This document shows positions 19,504-27,883 of a DNA stretch of 32,000 bases, in pieces. The translations under genes were made by a program, and so were the position numbers. Every line of letters starts with the position of its first letter. The stretch's first letter is position 1. Origin of the DNA: Patescibacteria group bacterium (lineage in GTDB: Bacteria; Patescibacteriota; Patescibacteriia; 2-01-FULL-39-33); contig JBAZRV010000002.1 in the NCBI GenBank assembly GCA_041662745.1, forward strand, positions 120,001 to 152,000, given 5' to 3'. The notes under the pieces were generated by a model that saw only the letters and a list, made by a program, of their open reading frames with translations, was not told the DNA's origin and did no database searches.

Positions 19504-20931
19504 ATGATTGATATCCTCTTAATTAATCCAAATGTGTCAAAAATTTCTGATACCGGCGAAGGCGTATTACCCCCTTTAGGCTTATGCTATATTTCCGCTT
19601 ATGTAAAAAATCAAGGCGGCAAATCGGAAGTTTTAGACGCTAATGTTTTAAATTTGGATGATCATCAGCTATTGCAACTTATTAAAGAAAAAGCTCCGAG
19701 AATAATCGGTTTTACGGCTACAACTCCGCTGATTACGGAGGTTGGCCGGCTTTCGGCTTTAATTAAAAAACAATATGGCGATTTAATCATTATCGTCGGC
19801 GGTCCGCATGTGACGGTATTGCCGGAACTGACATTAAAACAGAATCACGATATTGACATCGTAGTGAGGGGCGAAGGAGAGAAAACGACGTTTGAGCTTA
19901 TTGACCATTTAAAAAAGTCAAGTCAGATTGATTATTCCCAAATTAAAGGCATCACTTATCGCGATTCGATTGGGCAAATAGTTTCTAGCGCGTCTCAGGA
20001 GATTTTGGCTGATTTGAACTCTTTACCCTTGCCCGATCGGAGCGATCTGCCTAATCATAAATATCATCCTTCCATTAAGTGGTTTAATCGAACCCCCTTT
20101 GCGACTGTCATGACTTCGCGAGGCTGTCCCAATGATTGTATTTTTTGCGCTTCAAAATTTATTTTGGGCCGCACGGTCAGATTTCGATCGCCAGAAAATG
20201 TTTTGGAGGAACTGGAGCAATTAGTTAAGAATTACGGCGTTAAAGAAATAATGTTTTATGATGATACTTTCACCATTGATAAGGATCGCATTTATAAATT
20301 ATGCGATTTGATGATTACCAGCAAACTTAATATTACTTGGGGCTGTTTGAGCCGCGTTGATCGAATTGATAAGGATCTTTTGTTCAAAATGAGGCAGGCG
20401 GGCTGCCATATCATGTGCTATGGTGTGGAATCCGGTTCTGAAGAAATGCTCAAGGCCATTAGAAAGAATATTAATTTAAAACAGGTTAAGGAAGCAATCC
20501 TGGCCACTCGGCAGGTAGGCATAGATTGCTCGGCTTCTTTTGTATTCGGCGTGCCGGGAGAAACCGCGGATACCATGAAGAAGACCATTGATTTTGCCTT
20601 AGAAATTGATCCTTTATTCGCTCAATTTTATCGGGTCGTGCCTTATCCTGGCACTGATTTGTTTAAAATGTATCTGGATAGCCATGATATTTCCTCCATT
20701 GACTGGGAAGAATTCTTGGAAATCGGCAATGCTGATAAATTAATGAAACTCGACACAATTTCGGAAGAAGAATTCAACCGTCTGCTTAAGCTCAGTTATT
20801 TGCGTTTTTATCTTCGTCCTAAAAAAATCATGCAGTTAATCATAAAGATGGTCTCTCCCTATAAGATTAAGGGAGTTATTTTGGCCGGCGCGTATTTTAT
20901 TAAAATACTTTTTGGCAAAAAGAAAAATTAA
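19504..20931 (+). CDS. B12-binding-type radical SAM protein
   Basis: MIDILLINPNVSKISDTGEGVLPPLGLCYISAYV is the usual family N-terminus, so ATG 19504 is preferred over the ORF-track start at 19483. TSRGCPNDCIFCAS, YGVESGSEEMLKAIRK, VVPYPGTDLFKM. Confidence 0.92.
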   Translation: MIDILLINPNVSKISDTGEGVLPPLGLCYISAYVKNQGGKSEVLDANVLNLDDHQLLQLIKEKAPRIIGFTATTPLITEVGRLSALIKKQYGDLIIIVGGPHVTVLPELTLKQNHDIDIVVRGEGEKTTFELIDHLKKSSQIDYSQIKGITYRDSIGQIVSSASQEILADLNSLPLPDRSDLPNHKYHPSIKWFNRTPFATVMTSRGCPNDCIFCASKFILGRTVRFRSPENVLEELEQLVKNYGVKEIMFYDDTFTIDKDRIYKLCDLMITSKLNITWGCLSRVDRIDKDLLFKMRQAGCHIMCYGVESGSEEMLKAIRKNINLKQVKEAILATRQVGIDCSASFVFGVPGETADTMKKTIDFALEIDPLFAQFYRVVPYPGTDLFKMYLDSHDISSIDWEEFLEIGNADKLMKLDTISEEEFNRLLKLSYLRFYLRPKKIMQLIIKMVSPYKIKGVILAGAYFIKILFGKKKN

Positions 20932-20938
20932 TTTTACC

Positions 20939-21901
20939 ATGCTGAAAAATTTTAAAATAAAGAATCTTTTAAGCCTGCTGGGCCCGATTATTTTGATTTA
21001 CATCTTGACCAGAATTAATTACGGCTTTTTGTTTGAACAAATAAAATTAATAAAATTGCCGTTTTTGATTGCCGCCGCCATTGTTGCTATACTGGGAATT
21101 GTTTCCCGATCGTTAAAATGGCGTTTAATCTTAAATAATCTTAATATTAAGATCAGCAAGTTGGACGGTTTGAATTTGTTTTGGCTTGGCCTTTATGCTG
21201 GAATAATTACTCCTGGCCGTTTAGGAGAGCTGATCAAGGTTTATTTTTTAAAATTAAGGAACCATGCGCCCCTCCCGTCTTTTTTGAGCATTTTTGTGGA
21301 TCGCATGATCGATATCATGTTTTTGCTCGGGTTAGGGTTGCTTGTTTCCATTTTTTATTTAAAGGGCATTGTCATCCAAGTGTTAGCGCTAATTATCATC
21401 CTGATGTTAGCGATTACGTTGTTTTTATTGGTGCTTGATCAGCGCACGGGTTTGCATCGGTTCTTTAATGTTTTTATAAAGAGATTTTTCTCCTTTGATT
21501 TGGCAAAATATAGCAATTTTACTTTTCTCAAACTATGGAAGGGAATTAAACGGGTAAAAATCGGAGACGTACTGATTTATCTGGCTTATTTGCTATTCAG
21601 TTGGTTCCTTTATTTCTTTTCCAGTTATTTGATTGCCTTGGCTTTGGCTTTAAATTTATCTTTTTTTAATCTTTCCGCGATTTTAGTGGTAGTGGCGATT
21701 GTTTCTATCTTGCCGATCACTATTGCCGGCATTGGCACCCGTGAGGCGGTAATCATATATTTTTTTAGTTTGTTGGGTTTTAGTTCCGAACGCGCTTTGA
21801 TTTTTTCTTTTTTTATTTTTATTAATGATCTTGTTACGATCGCCGTGGGTATCATTCCTTATTACCGAGAAAGTATTTTATTAGGAAAATTTAAAAACTA
21901 A
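20939..21901 (+). CDS. UPF0104 / lysylphosphatidylglycerol-synthase TM-region-like membrane protein
   Basis: SRSLKWRLIL, LYAGIITPGRLGELIKVYFLK, DRMIDIMFLLGLG, LPITIAGIGTREAVIIYFFSLLG. The start could also be 20912. Confidence 0.85.
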   Translation: MLKNFKIKNLLSLLGPIILIYILTRINYGFLFEQIKLIKLPFLIAAAIVAILGIVSRSLKWRLILNNLNIKISKLDGLNLFWLGLYAGIITPGRLGELIKVYFLKLRNHAPLPSFLSIFVDRMIDIMFLLGLGLLVSIFYLKGIVIQVLALIIILMLAITLFLLVLDQRTGLHRFFNVFIKRFFSFDLAKYSNFTFLKLWKGIKRVKIGDVLIYLAYLLFSWFLYFFSSYLIALALALNLSFFNLSAILVVVAIVSILPITIAGIGTREAVIIYFFSLLGFSSERALIFSFFIFINDLVTIAVGIIPYYRESILLGKFKN

Positions 21902-21906
21902 GATAT

Positions 21907-22554
21907 ATGATATTTCAAAATAAATATTGGGAGCGGAGAGTTTTAAATAAAAGAAGGCAACCATTTAACGAAGTAGTACGGTGTTATGTTTTTCCAAAAA
22001 TATGTCAAATTTTAAAAGTAATCCCGATAAATAAAAATACTCAACTTTTAGATGTGGGGTGTGGAAATGGATTCTATAGTTATTATTTTAATGAGATATG
22101 CGATGTTACTGGAATAGATTATTCCCATGAACTTATTAGACAAAATCCGATAAAAAAAACAATTCTTATGGACGCAAATGATATTAGGTTTGCTGATGAT
22201 TCTTTTGATATAACATTCTGTGGCGCGTTACTTCATCACGTGTTAAATGAAAAAAGAGTTATTAATGAAATGAAAAGAGTGTCTAAGGAGTATGTTATTA
22301 TTATCGAACCAAATAGGAATAATCCATTTTTATTTTTATTTTCACTTTTTGTAAAGGAGGAAAATAAAGCATTGAGGTATTCTATGAAGTATTTAAAAAA
22401 AATGGTTAAAGATTGTGATTTAAAAATAATATCAACATTCTCACATGGATTAATAGTGCCAAATAAAACTCCAAGAATTTTATTACCAATATTAAAATAT
22501 TTTGAGATTAAATATCCATTAGGTATGATGAATATACTAATTTGTAAAAAATAA
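21907..22554 (+). CDS. Class I SAM-dependent methyltransferase, compositionally atypical
   Basis: LLDVGCGNGFYSYYFNEICDVTGIDYS, FDITFCGALLHHVLNEKRVINEMKRVSKEYVIIIEPNRNNP. Confidence 0.88.
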   Translation: MIFQNKYWERRVLNKRRQPFNEVVRCYVFPKICQILKVIPINKNTQLLDVGCGNGFYSYYFNEICDVTGIDYSHELIRQNPIKKTILMDANDIRFADDSFDITFCGALLHHVLNEKRVINEMKRVSKEYVIIIEPNRNNPFLFLFSLFVKEENKALRYSMKYLKKMVKDCDLKIISTFSHGLIVPNKTPRILLPILKYFEIKYPLGMMNILICKK

Positions 22555-22577
22555 ACGCAAAGGTATTTTTTTATCAA

Positions 22578-23279
22578 TTATTTTTTACCCAAACAAATTA
22601 TGTTTGGGTAAAAAAATAATTGAGTCGGCAGATCATGGATTTCAATAGAATGCCAACCGGTTTTCTCTAATATTTTTTTGTATTCTGAACTTCGATAATA
22701 ATGCGGTTTATTTATTCTATGGCCAAAAATTTTGCTGGAGGCTTTGTCGGCGGAGAAGAAATGGAAAAAAGCAACAAGCTTTTCAATGATGAGCGAGCTG
22801 GAGATGGAAAGCAGATAACGGAAGAAGCGATCCCGACTCATGGTTTTAATAATAATGACCCCATTCGGTTTGGTTTTTTTTCGGCAATCTTCTAGCATAT
22901 TCAGGACTTCTTGGCGGGACATTAAAACCTCCACATCAATGACGATTGTGGCGTCGAACTCCTCTTCTTGCAGACTCCCGACTTCCGTTTGGATAAATGT
23001 TAAATTTTCAGGCTTGAATGATACCTGATTCGCTTGCTTGATGCGATCGGCTGAAGGGTCAATGGCCACTACTTTTAAGGTGGGTCGTTTAAAAGCGAAA
23101 AAATAGGAAAAAACTCCGAACCCGCAACCCAGGTCAAGCAATTTTCCGCTGGTCGGCACGTATTGGGAAATTGTTTCCAGCGGCGTTGTCGTGAATCTGA
23201 CGAAGGTAATTAATTTTTCTACCGCTCCCAATCCGAGATAATTATTTTTTATCTGTTGGTATTCTTTTTGGAATCTCAT
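22578..23279 (-). CDS. Class I SAM-dependent methyltransferase
   Basis: KLLDLGCGFGVFSYFFAFKRPTLKVVAIDPSADRIKQA, EEFDATIVIDVEVLMSRQEVLNMLEDC, KPNGVIIIKTMSR. Confidence 0.85.
   Translation of the reverse strand: MRFQKEYQQIKNNYLGLGAVEKLITFVRFTTTPLETISQYVPTSGKLLDLGCGFGVFSYFFAFKRPTLKVVAIDPSADRIKQANQVSFKPENLTFIQTEVGSLQEEEFDATIVIDVEVLMSRQEVLNMLEDCRKKTKPNGVIIIKTMSRDRFFRYLLSISSSLIIEKLVAFFHFFSADKASSKIFGHRINKPHYYRSSEYKKILEKTGWHSIEIHDLPTQLFFYPNIICLGKK
22581..22615. repeat. Inverted repeat / hairpin at the convergent gene junction
   Basis: TTTTTTACCCAAACA (22581-22595), loop AATTA, TGTTTGGGTAAAAAA (22601-22615), a perfect 15 bp stem. Confidence 0.85.
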
Positions 23280-23305
23280 AAATAATATTTTTCTAAAATG
23301 AATTT

Positions 23306-24733
23306 TTAGGCTTTTTTAATCATAATTCTAACGAAAATCCTAAATCCTTCAAACATTGTTTTTAAGGAATCAAAAGAGTTTATTTGTTTAAGCTTCCGCC
23401 AAACATAGATCGGCCGCAAATAGAATTCGCGGAAACCTCTTTTCTGCCAATAAACCAATTCTTCCGCCGTTAAGTTTTTTTGCACCAGTAGCGGCGACGT
23501 GTTAGTAAGGGGAGCGAAGGCTTCCCAGGGCGTATCGGAAGCGATAAAGCCTTCATCTTTGGCGTAGTAATACAGATCTGAGCCAGGCACCGGGCAGGTG
23601 ATAAAAAAGGTCGCATTATCTAAATCCAGGCTTTTGGCGAAATTGATCGTCTCTTTAATGGTTTCTATCGTCTCGCCGATGTTACCCAGCATGAAACTGG
23701 CATGAGCCAATATATTGTGGTGTCTTAAGATCGCCACTGCTTGCCGCCCCTTGTCCGTGGTGGTTTGCTTGCGCATAATGTCTAATATTTTCTGCGAGCC
23801 GGATTCTAGTCCTAAGGAAATTTTCTTACAGCCGGCCTTTGACATGATGGAGGCTAATTCATCGTCGATGGTATCGGCTCGGGAAAAACAGATCCAAGCA
23901 ATCGGCAGTTTTTTGTCTATGATTTTTTGGCAGACTTCAATCGCTCTTTTTTTGTTTAAAGTGAAATTATCGTCCAAAATGCTGAATTCTTTGATATTGT
24001 ATTTATTGATGCATTCTTCAATTTCAGCCAGCAAATTGTTAGCGCTGCGATAGCGTAAACGGCGATTCCAAATGCTTTTGGAAACACAATGGATACAGTT
24101 GTGGGCGCAGCCGCGGCTGGTTTGGATCGGTGAGCATTGCTCCTCAGTCAATTTTTTAGTTGGGGCGGAACGGTAAAGTTTTAAATCAAATAAATCGCGG
24201 GCTGGAAAAGGGATTTCATCAAGATTTTCAATCATTGGCCGTGGCAGATTGCCTATAATTTTGCCGTCGCGCTTAAAATACAAGCCGGAAATATTTTCCC
24301 AATCCGTCCGTTTGTCTTTGACGGCTTGGACCAATTCAGAAAAAGTCACTTCGCCTTCCCCAATGACAGCAAAATCTACGAATGGGTTGGTTAAAACTTC
24401 AATTGGCAGAATCGTCGGATGAGTGCCGCCTAGTATGGTGACGCAATCCAGTTTTAATTCATCTTTAATGATTTGGCAAATTTTAAAAACGTGATTGACG
24501 GTTGGCGACAGACAAGTAAAGCCGACGACGTCGGGCCGCTCATGCGCAAAATAATCCTTTATTTCCTTATAGCCGATGCCTAAGGCTTCAGTATCTAATA
24601 TTTTAATTTCGCAATCAACCTTATTGCGCAAATAACCAGCTAAGTAAGCCAGATTAAAAGGCATTGCATGGCCGCCGGATTCTTTCATGCCTTCAAAGTT
24701 TATGTAGGGCGGATTTACCAAGATAACTTTCAT
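23306..24733 (-). CDS. B12-binding-type radical SAM protein
   Basis: MKVILVNPPYINFEGMKESGGHAMPFNLAYLAGYL, TILGGTHPTILP, TSRGCAHNCIHCVS, LGLESGSQKILDIMRK. Confidence 0.92.
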   Translation of the reverse strand: MKVILVNPPYINFEGMKESGGHAMPFNLAYLAGYLRNKVDCEIKILDTEALGIGYKEIKDYFAHERPDVVGFTCLSPTVNHVFKICQIIKDELKLDCVTILGGTHPTILPIEVLTNPFVDFAVIGEGEVTFSELVQAVKDKRTDWENISGLYFKRDGKIIGNLPRPMIENLDEIPFPARDLFDLKLYRSAPTKKLTEEQCSPIQTSRGCAHNCIHCVSKSIWNRRLRYRSANNLLAEIEECINKYNIKEFSILDDNFTLNKKRAIEVCQKIIDKKLPIAWICFSRADTIDDELASIMSKAGCKKISLGLESGSQKILDIMRKQTTTDKGRQAVAILRHHNILAHASFMLGNIGETIETIKETINFAKSLDLDNATFFITCPVPGSDLYYYAKDEGFIASDTPWEAFAPLTNTSPLLVQKNLTAEELVYWQKRGFREFYLRPIYVWRKLKQINSFDSLKTMFEGFRIFVRIMIKKA

Positions 24734-24745
24734 AATTATATTTTA

Positions 24746-26158
24746 TTATATTTTGAGCAGTTTCAGACCCGCTTTAAAATTATTTTTTAAATTATTCCAG
24801 TTTCTTATTTCTTTTAATCTTCGCCAGATATAGCGGGGAGCTAAGTAATATGAACGATAAGCTTGAATTAATGTTTTAAATAACTGTTCGCGAGTAAAAT
24901 TTTCTTCCCAGGCCGGTGGATGAAAATCTGCCTGAGGATGTTTAGAAAATTCACGCCAATAATCCTGTTTGATAATGCCTTCTTTTAGGCCTTTTAAATA
25001 CAAGTCAGTCGCTGGAAAAGGGGTAAGTACGGAAAAGTGCACATAATCAGGAAATAGTTCTTTAGCTAGTTTAATTGTTTCTTTAATATCATCTTCGGTT
25101 TCCGTTGGTGAGCCGATCATGAAATAACCCGCTGTCTCAATGCCGGCTTTTTTGGTTAATGCAAAAGCTTTTTTGATCATCGGAATTGTAATGCCTTTTC
25201 TTAAAACATTAAGAATTTTTTCGGTGCCGGCTTCTACTCCATAATGGATTCTGGTGCAACCAGCTTTTTCCATTAATATTAGTAATTCTTCATCAACCGT
25301 ATTAACTCGAGCGCGAATATCCCAATTGAGGATTATATTTTTTTCCATTATCAATCGGCAGATGTCTACCACTCTTTGACGATCAATCGTAAAAGTATCG
25401 TCGTAAATAAAAACCTCTTTAATGCCCAGGGCGGCGATCTCGGCCAATTCCTGGACGACATTTTGTGCTGAACGTGCTCGGAAAATTTTGCCTAAATGGG
25501 GCCGATCGCAAAAGAGACATTGATAAGGACAGCCACGGGAAGTGAACATTGTGGTTGTCGGATTTTTTTGCGCGATGATGGAATAGTATTTTTTGTAAGG
25601 GGTTAAGGTACGCGCTGGAAATGGCAGATCGTCTAACTGCATAATCAAATCTCGGCAACCGTTATTAATGATATTACTCGCTTGTCTGAAGACAATACCC
25701 TTAATCGTTGGCCATTGTTCCGGTTGTTGGAGATTATTAATTAAATCATAAAAAGGCTGTTCGCCTTCACCCAGGATTAAAAAATCAATTTCTGGATTAG
25801 CCATCGTTTCTTCCGGGTAAATATTGACATGCGGGCCGCCGAGGACAATGGGAATTTCTGGCTGAGCCGCTTTAATTTTTTTGGCTGCCATCAAAACATC
25901 AATAATCGTGAAAGTCATAGCGGTAATGCCAACGAGTTCTGGTTTTTCTAATTTAATGATTTCTGCTAGCGCATCAAGATTGATTTTTTCTACTGGGCAG
26001 TCGATAATTTTTACTTCATGGTTAGAATGTTTCAATAGGTAGCCAGCCAGATACATAAGTCCTAGTGGTGGTAAAAAATCCATACCCGATTCTAGCTCCT
26101 TAGGCATATCGCTTTCTATAATGTGTTGAATGGGGGGATTAATCAAGAGTATTTTCAT
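24746..26158 (-). CDS. B12-binding-type radical SAM protein
   Basis: MKILLINPPIQHIIESDMPKELESGMDFLPPLGLMYLAGYLLK, VLGGPHVNIYPEETM, TSRGCPYQCLFCDRPHLG, YGVEAGTEKILNVLRK. The ORF-track start at 26173 adds MKNTS. ATG 26158 fits the family N-terminus better. Either start overlaps the upstream gene. Confidence 0.92.
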   Translation of the reverse strand: MKILLINPPIQHIIESDMPKELESGMDFLPPLGLMYLAGYLLKHSNHEVKIIDCPVEKINLDALAEIIKLEKPELVGITAMTFTIIDVLMAAKKIKAAQPEIPIVLGGPHVNIYPEETMANPEIDFLILGEGEQPFYDLINNLQQPEQWPTIKGIVFRQASNIINNGCRDLIMQLDDLPFPARTLTPYKKYYSIIAQKNPTTTMFTSRGCPYQCLFCDRPHLGKIFRARSAQNVVQELAEIAALGIKEVFIYDDTFTIDRQRVVDICRLIMEKNIILNWDIRARVNTVDEELLILMEKAGCTRIHYGVEAGTEKILNVLRKGITIPMIKKAFALTKKAGIETAGYFMIGSPTETEDDIKETIKLAKELFPDYVHFSVLTPFPATDLYLKGLKEGIIKQDYWREFSKHPQADFHPPAWEENFTREQLFKTLIQAYRSYYLAPRYIWRRLKEIRNWNNLKNNFKAGLKLLKI

Positions 26159-26987
26159 AGAGGTATTTTTCAATTGATTGGCAATCGTATGAGTTTAATA
26201 AATAAATTAATTTTTTCCAACTATTCTTAGTATTGAAAAATTTTATGATTTTTTTTATGATTGGCATTGAAATATCTGGCGGTTTGGCTAGGAAATCAAA
26301 GGGATGAAAATGGATAGTGGTTGCACCTTGAGTGGTCTTTTTTGTTAACATTTTTTTAAAAATTTTCCAAGGTGTAATTCTTATGTAGATACCGCCGGTC
26401 ACTGGCCAATTAAGAAGTGACCCGCTATATACGGCCAAAGGAAACTCGTATAGATGTTTGTTTATTAAATAGGGCAATCGCGGCGCTTTCTTGATACCGT
26501 AGGTGCTGTTTGGAAAAATCAGGGACGTGAGTCTTGGTAATTTTAGCGGAAAAACAGAGGAGTCATATCTTAACTGGTTGTCTTCAAGCACTTTTATGAC
26601 CCAATTTTGGTTATCATTAGTTAAAGAAAAATTAACAGCGCGATGACCCAGTACGGCCTTTCCGGTTAAAGAAAGTATTTTTTCTTTCATGATCTTAATT
26701 TCTTGATCAAAGTTTTGATAATTCTTTACCCAAAGTGGGCGATGATCAAAGGAGTGAATGGCAATTTCGTGTCCATGCACAGCGAGTTTTTTTATCATCG
26801 CCGGTTCTTGTTCAATAACTTTCCCAGTGACGAAGAAAGTCGCAGTCGCTTGGTTGGATTTAAGAGCGGCAATCAGTTGATCGACAAATTCTTCTAAATG
26901 TTCAGTTTCTGATCCATTAAGATGGGGTTGGAGGGATAATGATTCAAACCAGTATTCAAGATCAAAAGTCAGAATGAGTTGTTTCAT
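26139..26987 (-). CDS. Polysaccharide deacetylase, XrtA/exosortase-associated (DUF3473-like) subtype
   Basis: LILTFDLEYWFES (TFDxE-x-WF variant of NodB motif 1), ATFFVTGKVIEQEPAMIKKLAVHGHEIAIHSFDHRPLW (HSxxH motif 2). Confidence 0.87.
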   Translation of the reverse strand: MKQLILTFDLEYWFESLSLQPHLNGSETEHLEEFVDQLIAALKSNQATATFFVTGKVIEQEPAMIKKLAVHGHEIAIHSFDHRPLWVKNYQNFDQEIKIMKEKILSLTGKAVLGHRAVNFSLTNDNQNWVIKVLEDNQLRYDSSVFPLKLPRLTSLIFPNSTYGIKKAPRLPYLINKHLYEFPLAVYSGSLLNWPVTGGIYIRITPWKIFKKMLTKKTTQGATTIHFHPFDFLAKPPDISMPIIKKIIKFFNTKNSWKKLIYLLNSYDCQSIEKYLYENTLD

Positions 26988-26999
26988 AAGAGCTTTTCT

Positions 27000-27875
27000 T
27001 TAGCGGTAGATTTCTCTTCTTAAGGCGGCAATCTGATCGGCTAAAAGTCCAAAAAAGAAAATAATAATAGCGGATAAGACAACTAAAATAGTACTTTTGG
27101 CGATGTTATTCATAATTAATCCGGCAATTAGCATAATTAATCCGGTTAGCCCCAAAAGCAGGCCGATTGGCAGGAAAAATCTAAGTGGGGAAAAGAGCAT
27201 TGTTAGACGCATGACCAGGATTAGGTAAGTAAAAAATTCCCTGGGCTTAACCATGCTTTTGCCACCGCCTCGTTTGTCGATTTGGATTGGAATAAATTTT
27301 ACATTAAGCCCTTCTTTTATGAAAGCGAAAAGGGAAGTCGTAGAGCAAGAAAAACCATTAGGTAGAATGTGTGAGAACCTAAGAAATTCATTTTTTTTGA
27401 TCAACCTTAAACCGCAATTAAAATCAGAAATTTTTTTGTTTAAAAGGTATATCGCTAACCAATGTATAAGTTTTTTTCCGGGTTGCCTTAGCCAGGGGCC
27501 TTGGTAGCCGACGCGTTCACCGGAAATCAGATCGAAATTATCCATAAAGGGAACCATTTCTTTAATGTATTCCGGGCGATGTTGGCCGTCTGCATCAAAA
27601 AATATTAGCCACTCGGACTGGGCAGTTTTGGCGCCGGTTTTGAGCGCAGCACCATAACCCTTATTGTAGGGTTGAACGATTATTTTTATATCGGTAATAT
27701 TTTTTAAAATATCCGAAGTATTGTCAGTTGAAGCATCATTGACGACAATAATCTCGAAATTTAATGACAAATTGTTGATGGAATTTTTAAGCCCCTCGAT
27801 AGTTTTGCCGATCGTCTCCGCCTCATTGTAGGCAGGTATAATGATTGAAAGGGATTTTTCTGATGTTTCTGGCAT
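27000..27875 (-). CDS. Family 2 glycosyltransferase, polyprenyl-phosphate mannosyl/glucosyltransferase-like with C-terminal TM helices
   Basis: SLSIIIPAYNEAETIGKTIEGL, IVVNDASTDNTSDIL, WLIFFDADGQHRPEYI, DFNCGLRLIKK, two hydrophobic C-terminal segments. Confidence 0.92.
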   Translation of the reverse strand: MPETSEKSLSIIIPAYNEAETIGKTIEGLKNSINNLSLNFEIIVVNDASTDNTSDILKNITDIKIIVQPYNKGYGAALKTGAKTAQSEWLIFFDADGQHRPEYIKEMVPFMDNFDLISGERVGYQGPWLRQPGKKLIHWLAIYLLNKKISDFNCGLRLIKKNEFLRFSHILPNGFSCSTTSLFAFIKEGLNVKFIPIQIDKRGGGKSMVKPREFFTYLILVMRLTMLFSPLRFFLPIGLLLGLTGLIMLIAGLIMNNIAKSTILVVLSAIIIFFFGLLADQIAALRREIYR

Positions 27876-27883
27876 AATAATTT

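Noticed and set aside
22236-22577. ORF on the - strand covering the end of the AT-rich methyltransferase gene (113 aa)
   Set aside because: It is the antisense shadow of a convincing methyltransferase ORF. Its low-complexity Phe/Leu/Ile-rich content is expected from reading AT-rich coding DNA backwards.
22578-22619. Calling the hairpin a standard bidirectional rho-independent terminator
   Set aside because: The location fits, but the T-tract is 5' and the A-tract 3' of the stem on both strands, so there is no U-tract after the hairpin. Reported only as an unusual inverted repeat.
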